DNA from: Anaerolineales bacterium
GTDB lineage: Bacteria; Chloroflexota; Anaerolineae; Anaerolineales; Villigracilaceae
Reading direction: 5' to 3'
Assembly (NCBI GenBank): GCA_024710905.1
Contig: JANJTV010000065.1
Span: 20,985-84,984, forward strand
Length of the DNA: 64,000 nt
In this document: positions 1 through 9,432 of the stretch, one piece after another
Position numbering within the stretch: position 1 is the first letter of the stretch
How the letters are laid out: each line of letters begins with the position of its first letter
Position numbers and translations under genes: made by a program
The notes under the pieces: generated by a model
What the model was told of the DNA's origin: nothing
Databases searched by the model: none
Seen by the model: the letters and a program-made list of their open reading frames with translations, nothing else

Positions 1-792
1 GTGGGGTACGTCACCAGCCAGGGGAAAGTCCGTCTCGCATTCGATGTCGGCGATGACGCCACCTTCTTCAACAACCCGGACCTGCCCGAAACCCGCAGTG
101 CGTTGACCCTGCCGCTCAAATACGGCAATGAAGTCATCGGCGCGCTGGATGTACAAAGCACAGTGGAAAGCGCATTCACCGAAGAAGACATCGCCGTGCT
201 AACCACCCTCTCCGACCAGGTCAGCATTGCCATACACAACGCCCAACTCTTCGATGAAGCCCAGCGCGCCATCCAGCAAAGTGAGGCCACCTTCCGTCAG
301 TACATCCGCAATGAATGGTCGCGCTACATCACGACCAGCAACCAGGTAGGCTACCAGTTCAGCAACACCGAAGGCGCCGCGCCAATCGTGGAGCCCCGGG
401 TAACCCCGGAAAACCGCCAGGCCCTCCAGACGGGGGAAGAGCAGGTCCATGCAGATGACATGCAAACGCGCCTCGCTATCCCGCTCAAACTTCGCGGAGA
501 AGTGATTGGGATATTAAACGTCCAGGCGCCGGGCTCCCGAGAGCTGGATGATGACGAAAAGGACATTATCCGCGCTGTCAGCGACCGCGTTACCCTGGCC
601 ATCGAAAATGCCCGCCTCGTTGAAGACAGCCAACGCCGCGCTTCAAAAGAACAACTGATCGGTGAAATTACGTCCCGCATCGGCGCATCCATCAATATGC
701 GCAATGTGCTTCAAACCGCCGTGGAAGAGTTGGGGCGCGCACTACCCGGCTCTGAGGTGGTCATTCAATTCAGCCAGGACAAAAAGGAATAG
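1..792 (+). CDS. GAF domain-containing protein, C-terminal fragment (5' end outside window)
   Basis: The frame is open from the window edge. Two GAF-like blocks are present (LPETRSALTLPLKYGNEVIGALDVQS and LAIPLKLRGEVIGILNVQAPG), each followed by AIxNAxLF. The layout and C-terminus match the next gene. Confidence 0.75.
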   Translation: MGYVTSQGKVRLAFDVGDDATFFNNPDLPETRSALTLPLKYGNEVIGALDVQSTVESAFTEEDIAVLTTLSDQVSIAIHNAQLFDEAQRAIQQSEATFRQYIRNEWSRYITTSNQVGYQFSNTEGAAPIVEPRVTPENRQALQTGEEQVHADDMQTRLAIPLKLRGEVIGILNVQAPGSRELDDDEKDIIRAVSDRVTLAIENARLVEDSQRRASKEQLIGEITSRIGASINMRNVLQTAVEELGRALPGSEVVIQFSQDKKE

Positions 793-794
793 TT

Positions 795-2561
795 ATGCTT
801 AAGCGGATTCTGGAATTCCTTGTCCCAACACTCACTGACTTAACCGAGGCGCGTTCAAACCAAAACCTGGTACGGACGATTACCCTGATCTTAATCCTTG
901 CCGCTGGTGGAGCACTGGTGCTGGAAGGTTTTATATTCGGTAACCCAACCACCGTTAGCATTCTCACCCCGCTGCTTGTTATTCTGTTCATCATCCTGTT
1001 GCTGAATCGTCCGGCTACCAACCAGTTGGCCCGATTGCTGGTGCCTGTCGTGGTGCTTTCTGGGAGCACATCCCTGATTGCGGCCGGAGGCGGCATCCAT
1101 GACAGCATTGCCATGATTATTACTCTGCCGGTCATTGTCGCTGGGCTGGTCATGGGAACGAACGGTCAATTATTTATTGGTATCTTATCCATCATCGCCT
1201 TAGTTGGTGTGGCAAGTGCTGAAATGACCGGGATGATCACCAACAATTTCAGCGAGTCAACAGACCTAACTGACATTCCCTTGATCATTATTGCCCTTGG
1301 CACCATTGTTGCAGCCCAGCGCCTTCTTACCCGACGGTTGACAGACAACGCGGAACGAGCCAGGAAAAGCGAACAAGAGCAATTAAATACCAATGCCGAA
1401 CTTCGCAACCTGCAAATCTCGCTGGAAGACCGTATCGCCCAACGTACCGCAGAACTGGCCAAACAATCCAGCGAAGTTGAACAACAATCACAAGAATTGT
1501 TCCAGGCCAATATGCGTATTGAACGGCGCGCCGTTCAGTTACAAGCCATTTCAGTGGTTTCCGGTGCCATCCGAAAAGTTCGTAACCTGAAAGAGACGCT
1601 GCCCCAGATTGCCGACGTAATCAGCAAACAATTTGGTTACTACCACGTCGGTATTTTCCTGGTTGATGAAGCCCGCCAGTACGCCATCCTGAGCGCAAGC
1701 AACAGCCAGGGTGGCGCCAGGATGTTGAAACGTGGACACAGGCTCCGGGTGGGCCAGGTTGGCATCGTGGGTGATGTCGCCTTTACAGGCAACCCCCGTA
1801 TCGCCCTGGATACCGGAGAAGATGCTGCTTTTTTCAATAACCCAGACCTGCCAGAAACACGTTCAGAGATGGCTGTGCCGCTGATTATTGAGAACCAGAT
1901 TATCGGCGTGCTCGACATCCAAAGCACGGAACAGAATGCTTTCGGCGAAGAAGACGTGGAGGTCATCCTGACCCTGGCAGAACAGGTAAGCATTGCCATT
2001 GAAAACGCGCGACTGTTCGATGCAACGCAAAAATCGCTGGCCGAGGCCGAAACCATCTATCGACAATACCTGCGTAGCGAGTGGCAGGGTTTTACCCGAA
2101 AACAGTCGCTCAAAGGCTATCAATATTCCATCACCGGCGCAACCCCGCTGGGTGAAGACGTTGACCTGCCTGCCTTCCGCGAGGTAATGGAAGAAGGCAA
2201 GGTATACACAGATAATGGCGAAAAATCAAATACTGCCGCCATTGCCGTTCCAGTAAAACTGCGTGACGAGACCATTGGCATCCTTAACATCCGCACACCT
2301 GGCGAACGTCGCTGGTCTCAGGATGATATTGACCTGATTAGCGCTGTGGCAGAACGTGTTGCCATATCGGTTGAAAATGCCCGCCTGTTTGAAGAGACCA
2401 CCAGCCGTGCAGAACGTGAACGAGCCGTTTCTGAAATCACAGCAAAAATCCGCAGTACCAACGACCCGAATCTGATGTTGCAAATTGCCCTGGATGAGTT
2501 GAAACAAGTGTTGAACGTAAAAGATGCGCGCATCATCACCAGGGAACAAAAGAAGGCCTAA
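795..2561 (+). CDS. membrane-anchored tandem-GAF protein with no recognisable output domain
   Basis: ATG lies 2 nt after the upstream stop. The N-terminal ~190 aa is strongly hydrophobic (about 5-6 TM), followed by a coiled-coil-like Q/E-rich stretch. Two GAF blocks follow (PDLPETRSEMAVPLIIENQIIGVLDIQS and IAVPVKLRDETIGILNIRTPG). It is a paralog of the upstream fragment. Confidence 0.8.
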   Translation: MLKRILEFLVPTLTDLTEARSNQNLVRTITLILILAAGGALVLEGFIFGNPTTVSILTPLLVILFIILLLNRPATNQLARLLVPVVVLSGSTSLIAAGGGIHDSIAMIITLPVIVAGLVMGTNGQLFIGILSIIALVGVASAEMTGMITNNFSESTDLTDIPLIIIALGTIVAAQRLLTRRLTDNAERARKSEQEQLNTNAELRNLQISLEDRIAQRTAELAKQSSEVEQQSQELFQANMRIERRAVQLQAISVVSGAIRKVRNLKETLPQIADVISKQFGYYHVGIFLVDEARQYAILSASNSQGGARMLKRGHRLRVGQVGIVGDVAFTGNPRIALDTGEDAAFFNNPDLPETRSEMAVPLIIENQIIGVLDIQSTEQNAFGEEDVEVILTLAEQVSIAIENARLFDATQKSLAEAETIYRQYLRSEWQGFTRKQSLKGYQYSITGATPLGEDVDLPAFREVMEEGKVYTDNGEKSNTAAIAVPVKLRDETIGILNIRTPGERRWSQDDIDLISAVAERVAISVENARLFEETTSRAERERAVSEITAKIRSTNDPNLMLQIALDELKQVLNVKDARIITREQKKA

Positions 2562-2570
2562 GAGAAGGAA

Positions 2571-3356
2571 ATGACCATGACATCTCCAATTATTACCGCG
2601 ATCTTCTCCCAGAAGGGTGGTGTTGCCAAAACAACCACTTCCTATTCATTGGGCGCGGCGTTGGCAGAAATGGGCAAAAAAGTACTGCTGATCGATCTTG
2701 ACCCGCAGGGCAACCTGACCATTGCCAACGGAATCGAGCTGGCAGAGGTGCGTGCTGGCAGTGCCGAGGTCCTGTTAGATGGTGTCAACATGACCGGCGC
2801 AATCATGGATACAAATACCGAAAACCTGAAGATCGTACCCGCCAGCAGCAGGCTGGGCCAGGTTGAGTCTTTCCTGCCAGTACGAAATAATTACCTGTAC
2901 ACGATGAAAACCGCCCTGGCCCAGGCTGACCTCGAAGACTATGACTTTGTTGTCATGGATTGTCCCCCCGCAGCAGGCGCCATCACCATGAACGCGCTGA
3001 CCGCCACCAAGCTGCTAATCATCCCCACCCAGGCGGAATACTTCTCGGCGTATGCCCTGCGTGACATGATGACACTGGTGAGGCGCATCCGCAAGGAAAC
3101 CAACCCGGACCTCGCCTACCGTATCCTGATCACCATGCTGGACCAGCGGAACCGCGCCCACCGTTCCATCCGCGAACAGTTATTGCAGACCTTCGGCAGT
3201 GGCCTGTTTAATGCCGTGATTGAGATTGACACCCGACTGCGCGAAAGCCCAATCCTGGGGTTGCCCATTACCCAGTACAAACCCAACAGCCGCGGCTCTT
3301 TGCAATATCGTGTGCTGGCACAGGAGCTGATTGATCATGTCAAACAAGAAGCTTGA
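2571..3356 (+). CDS. ParA/Soj-family P-loop ATPase
   Basis: Deviant Walker A motif SQKGGVAKTTTSYSLGAALA, then LLIDLDPQGNLT and VVMDCPP. Size is 261 aa. A GAGAAGGAA RBS lies upstream. Confidence 0.9.
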   Translation: MTMTSPIITAIFSQKGGVAKTTTSYSLGAALAEMGKKVLLIDLDPQGNLTIANGIELAEVRAGSAEVLLDGVNMTGAIMDTNTENLKIVPASSRLGQVESFLPVRNNYLYTMKTALAQADLEDYDFVVMDCPPAAGAITMNALTATKLLIIPTQAEYFSAYALRDMMTLVRRIRKETNPDLAYRILITMLDQRNRAHRSIREQLLQTFGSGLFNAVIEIDTRLRESPILGLPITQYKPNSRGSLQYRVLAQELIDHVKQEA

Positions 3357-6300
3357 CAAGCGGCTTGGCAGCCTTTTTGAAGACATTAAGGTTGAAGGCA
3401 ACGAAACTGAGCCTGCGCCAAAGCCGCCGTCACCCCCCAAGGCCAGTCCGCCGCCTGCAAAAAAACAGCCTGTTGCGCCTCGCAGCCCAAAAGCAGAAAA
3501 GCCCACACCGGAACCCAAGGCTTCCCGTCCACGTAAAGCGGCTGCCCGGCCCGAGCCAGCATCCGAGCTGGCTGTGTATGATGAGTCCTCGACCACGCTG
3601 ACCATCCCAATCACTACAGGCGAAACATGGAGCGTCCTCGAACTGGTGGATGACAGTCGAGACGGGTGGCTGGATGAAGAAAAAGCGCTTGCCCGACAGG
3701 TGGTAGACCAGCTCACCCTGGCTCTACAAAACGCCAACCTGTTCCAACAAACCGAACGACAGAACCGCAGTCTGGCCGTGTTGAATGAAATGGGCCGCGA
3801 ACTCACCACGCAGACCACCTTGCAGGAGATCAGCGAAACCATATTTAAATATACCGGCCAGTTGATGGATGTCTCATCCTTCTTTATCGCTATCTTTAAC
3901 GAAGAGGCCGATGAGCTCAGCTTCCCTGTCGTTACCGTGGACAGTGAACGCATTTCGTTTAACCCACGCAAGATTGGGCGCGGCCTAACCGACTATATCA
4001 TCCGCAATCGCGTTCCCTTGCTGATGAACGAAAACATCCCAGATCGCATGAAAGAGCTGGGGCTGGAATTTATCGCCATCGGCAACAACAAGGCGCCGCT
4101 TTCCTGGCTGGGTGTGCCCCTGCAGGTCGGCGAGAAGATTCTCGGTGCTGTGGTTGTCCAGAGCGTGGAACATGCCTACCTGTACGATAAAGAAGAACTG
4201 GAATTGCTCTCCAGTATTGCTTACCAGGCCGCCATCGCCCTGGAAAGTGCCAACCTGTTCCAGCAGACACAGCAGCAAAACCTTGAACTCGGCATCCTGA
4301 ACGAGATGGCCAACGAACTCTCCACGCTCTCAAATATTGAGGGAGTGGCAAATATTGTTTACAAGTACACCGGCAAATTGATGAATGTGACTGATTTTTT
4401 CCTTGCCGTGTACGACCAGCATACCAACAAAATATCCTTCCCATTGGTTTACTTCGACAACGACCCAACATCCATCGAAAGTACGGATATTGGCGAGGGT
4501 TTGAGCGCCTGGGTGATTAAGAATCGCAAGACCCTGCTGCTGACGGACAATGTTGAGGAGCGGGCTGCCGAGATGGGCATCCGTACCCTGACCATTGGCG
4601 ATGACGAACCCGTACTGAGCTGGCTGGGTGTGCCAATGATTCTGGGCCAGGAAGTACTGGGCCTGATTTCTGTCCAAAGCGTAGTGGCTCCACGCCTGTA
4701 CGGTCAACGCCAGGCAGACCTGTTACAGGCCATTGCCGGCCAGGCAGCCATTGCCATCCAGAATTCCCGACTGTACGAGCAGGAACAATATCGCCGCCGT
4801 GTGGCTGACACGCTGAGTGAAATGGCGCGCATTGCCGGCGCATCACTGGATTTTGAGAACGTTACCCAGAACCTGCTCAACCAATTGCCCAAACTACTCA
4901 CCTTCCATACCGCCTCGATCCAATTTGTGGATGAACAAGGGAATCGCACCCAGGCAGGCGGAATGAGCCTGCATGAAGAACGTAAAAGTGACCTGGAGCA
5001 CCCCGAAGGGCACTTCCTGCGGCCCGTCGATGAAGACCCTCTGATACGCGAAATTGTTCGTAAGAAGAAACCGGTCATCATCCCGGATACACATAACGAT
5101 GACCGATGGGAAGTGCTTCCTGAAACCCGCCACATCCGCTCGTGGCTGGGAGCCCCGCTAATGGTCGGGAATACGGTGATCGGGATCCTGATCCTGGATG
5201 ATGAGGCACCGTTCACCTATACCGAAGAGTCAATCCCCCTGGCAGAGTCTTTCTGCGCCCAGGCGGCTGTAGCCATCCAGAATGCCCGCCTGTTTGAGGA
5301 AACCCAAACGGCAGCAGCCAACTTCAGGAACTTGATTGAGAACGCTCCGGAAGCCATCGTGGTCGTTAATGTAGAAAACGGGCTTTTTGAAGACCCGAAT
5401 GAAAATGCCGCCAGGTTGTATGGGTTGCCGGTTACAGAACTGGTCAAGGTTGGCCCTGCCCAGATGAGCCCGCCGCTCCAGCCGGATGGCCGGCCATCCG
5501 CAGAAGCTGCCATGGAAAAAATCCAGCAGGCAATTCGAGGCGAGACGCCAGTATTTGAGTGGGACCATATCAATGGGCAGGGTGAGCTAATTCCCTGTGA
5601 AGTTCACCTGTCGCAAATGCCCGGTGACCGGCCGCGCGTCCGCGCAACCGTGATCGATATTACAGAACGCAAAAAGGCCCAGGAAGCCCTACGAAAAAGT
5701 GAAGAGGCCTTGCGCCGCCAGAACGAATACCTGGCTACCGCCACCGAGGTCAGCCGCCTGGTTTCCTCCACTCTGGACCTGCCCACCCTGTTCAGCCGCG
5801 CTGTGAACCTGATCCAGACCAGTTTTGCTTACTACCATGTTGCCATCTTTACCCTTGACGAAGCCGGATACACTGCCATTGTGCGCGAGGCCACTGGTGA
5901 GGCCGGGGAAAAAATGCGCGAAAGCCGTCACTCGCTGGTGGTCGGTTCGAAATCAGTAATCGGGAATGTTACCTCCAGCGGCCAGACGGTGGTGGTAAAC
6001 AACACTGCGCTCGACCCAATGCACAAGACCAACCCATTACTGCCGGAAACCCGTGCCGAAGCGGCCATCCCACTCCGAATTGGTCAGCGGATCATCGGCG
6101 CACTGGATATCCAGTCGCGGGATGTCGGCGCTTTCCAGGCCAATGACATCACCGTACTGGAAACACTGGCAGACCAGATCTCCGTTGCAATCAACAACGC
6201 TGAACTCTATGAGATCTCCCAACAGGCCGTTGAACAGATGCGCGAAACAGACCGCATCAAGACACAATTCCTGGCCAACATGTCTCATGAACTGCGCACG

Positions 6301-7728
6301 CCGCTCAATTCGATCATTGGTTTCTCGCGAGTCATCCTGAAGGGCATCGACGGCCCGATTAACGAACAACAACAACAAGACCTGACCGCAATCTACAATT
6401 CCGGGCAGCACCTGCTCGGCCTGATCAACGACATCCTCGACCTGTCCAAGATTGAGGCCGGTAAGATGGATCTCTCCTCCGATGAGCTGAACGTGGCCGA
6501 CACCATCAACAGCGTCATGTCCACCGCTATCGGCCTGGTGAAAGATAAGCCCATCCGCCTGGAAAAGCATATCGCAGAAGATGTGGTGCACATCCGCGCA
6601 GATGCAATGCGCATTCGGCAGGTTTTGCTCAACCTGATGTCCAACGCGGCCAAATTTACCGAGGAAGGTACCATCACTGTATCAGCGGAAAACAGTACTA
6701 CACCTGATGGCCTGCGTGAGGTGCTGATTAGCGTGACAGACACCGGCCCGGGTATTTCGCCGGAAGACCAGAGCAAACTTTTCCAGGCCTTCTCGCAAGT
6801 GGACTCTTCGCCCACCCGTGCCTCCGGTGGTACAGGCCTGGGTCTTTCCATTTGCCGCCGCCTGGTGGAATTGCACGGCGGGCGGATTGGCATCCATTCG
6901 GTGGTGGGCAAGGGCAGCACCTTCTACTTCACCATCCCGGCTTTTGAGCAGCCCAACCTGCCCTCGGTTAACCCCAATGGTAAAGTGATTGCCTGTATCG
7001 ATGACGATACCCAGGTAACCGGGCTATACCAGCGTTACCTCCAACCACAGGGATACGAAGTGGTTGCCCTGACGAACCCCGCCACGGCCAAAGAAACAGT
7101 GAAACGCATCAGGCCGTATGCCGTCACCCTCGACATTATGATGCCGGGAATTGATGGTTGGAGCATCCTCGAACAACTTAAGAATGACCCGGAAACCCGC
7201 GACATCCCGGTCATTATCTGCTCCATCGTTGAAGAAGAAGAAAAAGGCTTCAGCCTCGGTGCATCGGATTACCTCGTTAAACCGATTATGGAAGAAGACA
7301 TCACCCGTTCATTGCAGCGCCTGAATGGGGATGGAAGCATCCGCCATGTGCTGGTCATTGACGACTCTCCTGACGACCTGAAATTGATGGAGAAGATCCT
7401 GAAAACCGCCGGGCGCTACGAAGTGCAGCTGGCCCAGGGCGGAAACCAGGGCTGGGAGAAACTAAGCGACACCCCGCATCCACAGGCAGTAATCCTGGAC
7501 CTGTTCATGCCAGACCTGAGTGGCTTCGAGATCCTTGAGCGCATGCGCGTCACGCCGGAAATGCGCGACATCCCGGTCATTGTCGTCAGCGGCGCAGAAC
7601 TGACTGTCGATCAGAAAAAACACCTCGAGAACCTGGGCAAACGCCTGCTGCAAAAGGCCATGCTCGGCGAAAAAGAGCTTTTCAGTGAACTGGAAAAAAC
7701 CTTGAAACGCATCGAACAGCCGGAATAA
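3337..7728 (+). CDS. hybrid sensor histidine kinase: basic/Pro-rich tail, multiple GAF, PAS, GAF, HisKA, HATPase, two REC domains
   Basis: H-box FLANMSHELRTPLNSIIGF. HATPase motifs DTGPGISPEDQSKLFQAF and GGTGLGLSICRRLVELHGG. Repeated GAF signatures LSWLGVP...G..LG...VQS. PAS-like NLIENAPEAIVVVN. Two receivers (IDDDTQV...LDIMMPGIDG and VIDDSPDD...LDLFMPDLSG). The start could be ATG 3337 or TTG 3331; either overlaps the ParA stop at 3354-3356. Confidence 0.9.
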   Translation: MSNKKLDKRLGSLFEDIKVEGNETEPAPKPPSPPKASPPPAKKQPVAPRSPKAEKPTPEPKASRPRKAAARPEPASELAVYDESSTTLTIPITTGETWSVLELVDDSRDGWLDEEKALARQVVDQLTLALQNANLFQQTERQNRSLAVLNEMGRELTTQTTLQEISETIFKYTGQLMDVSSFFIAIFNEEADELSFPVVTVDSERISFNPRKIGRGLTDYIIRNRVPLLMNENIPDRMKELGLEFIAIGNNKAPLSWLGVPLQVGEKILGAVVVQSVEHAYLYDKEELELLSSIAYQAAIALESANLFQQTQQQNLELGILNEMANELSTLSNIEGVANIVYKYTGKLMNVTDFFLAVYDQHTNKISFPLVYFDNDPTSIESTDIGEGLSAWVIKNRKTLLLTDNVEERAAEMGIRTLTIGDDEPVLSWLGVPMILGQEVLGLISVQSVVAPRLYGQRQADLLQAIAGQAAIAIQNSRLYEQEQYRRRVADTLSEMARIAGASLDFENVTQNLLNQLPKLLTFHTASIQFVDEQGNRTQAGGMSLHEERKSDLEHPEGHFLRPVDEDPLIREIVRKKKPVIIPDTHNDDRWEVLPETRHIRSWLGAPLMVGNTVIGILILDDEAPFTYTEESIPLAESFCAQAAVAIQNARLFEETQTAAANFRNLIENAPEAIVVVNVENGLFEDPNENAARLYGLPVTELVKVGPAQMSPPLQPDGRPSAEAAMEKIQQAIRGETPVFEWDHINGQGELIPCEVHLSQMPGDRPRVRATVIDITERKKAQEALRKSEEALRRQNEYLATATEVSRLVSSTLDLPTLFSRAVNLIQTSFAYYHVAIFTLDEAGYTAIVREATGEAGEKMRESRHSLVVGSKSVIGNVTSSGQTVVVNNTALDPMHKTNPLLPETRAEAAIPLRIGQRIIGALDIQSRDVGAFQANDITVLETLADQISVAINNAELYEISQQAVEQMRETDRIKTQFLANMSHELRTPLNSIIGFSRVILKGIDGPINEQQQQDLTAIYNSGQHLLGLINDILDLSKIEAGKMDLSSDELNVADTINSVMSTAIGLVKDKPIRLEKHIAEDVVHIRADAMRIRQVLLNLMSNAAKFTEEGTITVSAENSTTPDGLREVLISVTDTGPGISPEDQSKLFQAFSQVDSSPTRASGGTGLGLSICRRLVELHGGRIGIHSVVGKGSTFYFTIPAFEQPNLPSVNPNGKVIACIDDDTQVTGLYQRYLQPQGYEVVALTNPATAKETVKRIRPYAVTLDIMMPGIDGWSILEQLKNDPETRDIPVIICSIVEEEEKGFSLGASDYLVKPIMEEDITRSLQRLNGDGSIRHVLVIDDSPDDLKLMEKILKTAGRYEVQLAQGGNQGWEKLSDTPHPQAVILDLFMPDLSGFEILERMRVTPEMRDIPVIVVSGAELTVDQKKHLENLGKRLLQKAMLGEKELFSELEKTLKRIEQPE

Positions 7729-7748
7729 TCCACTTTAGGAATATCGCC

Positions 7749-9425
7749 ATGAGCAGCTTTAGTATTGTTTGCCTCGATTGCAACCATAGTACCCGTTACC
7801 ACCCGGCCGAGATCAACTGCCCGCAATGCGGCAGCCAGTGGCGCGAGGTGACTTACCCGTATAAAGAAATTGCCCCCAAACTTAAAGCCGAACTAGCCCA
7901 GCGCCCGTTTGACCTGTGGCGATTTCGCGAATTGCTGCCTGTCCACAACCCGCTGCCAACCTTGCGCATGGGTGAAGGTGGCACGCCGCTCATCCGCGCT
8001 GTTAACCTGGGCGAAATGCTCGGCTGCGAAAACATCTTCATCAAAGATGAGCGGCAGGGGCCAACCTCTTCTTTCAAAGACCGCCAGGCTGCTGTGACCA
8101 TCGCGGCACTCAAAGAAGCGGGCATCACCGAAATGGTGGCTGCCTCGACCGGCAATGTCGCCATCGCCTATTCTGCGTTTGCCGCCCGCGCTGGCATCAA
8201 GCTTTGGGCTTTTGTCACCAGCCTCGTCCCGGCAGTAAAAATGCGTGAAATCGCCCTGTACGGCAGCCAGGTCGTAAAAGTGACCGGTTCCTACGACCAG
8301 GTAAAGCAAATTGCCGCCGAATTTGCCGAAAAACGCGGCCTGTACCACGATCGCGGCGCACGAACAATTACATCGGTCGAGGGGATGAAAACAATCGCCT
8401 TTGAAACGGCCGAGCAACTGACCGACGAATTTGGTCCACTGACAGGGGCGGATGGTACACCTCGCTGGCGGACTCCCGATTGGTACATCCAGGCCATCAG
8501 CGGCGGCCTCGGCCCGGTAGGCATTGCCAAAGGGTTCCGTGAACTCCGCGAGATGGGCTTTGCCGAAGGCCACCCCAAACTGGTTGGCATCCAGGCTGAG
8601 GGCTGCGCCCCGATGGTGCATGCCTGGAAGCAAAACCTTGAAAAAGCCGAACCAGTCATGTCCCCCAAAACCCATATCGAAACCCTGGCCACAGGTACGC
8701 CGGGGCGCGCCTACGAACTCCTGCGCAAGGAAATGCTCGAGTTTGGCGGGCTATTCGAGAGCGTGACAGACGAGGAATCCTTCCGGGCCATGCACGTGCT
8801 CGCGAAAATGGAGGGCATCTCGGCTGAGCCCGCCTCCGGCGCGGCCTTTGCGGGACTCTTCAAGCTGGTGCGAGCGGGCATCATCAAGCCAACCGATGTG
8901 GTCGTCATCAACTGCACCGGCCATACCATGCCTGCCGAGCCATTGGTGCTGGGCAGCGGCTGGGCACGCAATGTCGTCCTGCCTGCTGAACAACCTGAAG
9001 CGCTACCCCAGGAAGACGGCCTGCTGGCTGCCCTGAGCCGGGTCGCGCCAGATCGCTTCCCACGCGTGGCGATTGCCGACGACACGCCGGACGCCCGGCG
9101 CCTGATTCGGCGCATCCTGCAATCTCAGGGTGACTACACGATATTCGAAGCGACCAACGGCAAGGAAGCCATTGAACTGGTCAAGCGTGAACACCCCGAC
9201 CTGCTCATTTTAGACCTGATGATGCCCGAGGTGGACGGGTTTTCGGTGCTGGACGCGCTGAAATCTGACCCGGAAACAGCACAGATTCCCGTGATTGTTT
9301 CAACAGCCAAAGAACTGACCAAGGATGAAAAGGTGCGCCTGCAAGGGCAGATTCAGTCCCTGATGCAAAAAGGTGATTTCCTAAGTGACGATTTCCTTGA
9401 AGAAGTAAAATCCATTATCCGCTAG
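7749..9425 (+). CDS. threonine synthase-like fold-type II PLP enzyme fused to a C-terminal response-regulator receiver domain
   Basis: N-terminal Zn-ribbon CLDCNH...CPQCGSQW. PLP-lysine motif GPTSSFKDRQAAV and ASTGNVAIAYSAFAA. The C-terminal ~120 aa is RVAIADDTPDARRLI...DLLILDLMMPEVDGFSVL...PVIVSTAK, a CheY-like REC domain. Confidence 0.8.
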   Translation: MSSFSIVCLDCNHSTRYHPAEINCPQCGSQWREVTYPYKEIAPKLKAELAQRPFDLWRFRELLPVHNPLPTLRMGEGGTPLIRAVNLGEMLGCENIFIKDERQGPTSSFKDRQAAVTIAALKEAGITEMVAASTGNVAIAYSAFAARAGIKLWAFVTSLVPAVKMREIALYGSQVVKVTGSYDQVKQIAAEFAEKRGLYHDRGARTITSVEGMKTIAFETAEQLTDEFGPLTGADGTPRWRTPDWYIQAISGGLGPVGIAKGFRELREMGFAEGHPKLVGIQAEGCAPMVHAWKQNLEKAEPVMSPKTHIETLATGTPGRAYELLRKEMLEFGGLFESVTDEESFRAMHVLAKMEGISAEPASGAAFAGLFKLVRAGIIKPTDVVVINCTGHTMPAEPLVLGSGWARNVVLPAEQPEALPQEDGLLAALSRVAPDRFPRVAIADDTPDARRLIRRILQSQGDYTIFEATNGKEAIELVKREHPDLLILDLMMPEVDGFSVLDALKSDPETAQIPVIVSTAKELTKDEKVRLQGQIQSLMQKGDFLSDDFLEEVKSIIR

Positions 9426-9432
9426 GAAACCT

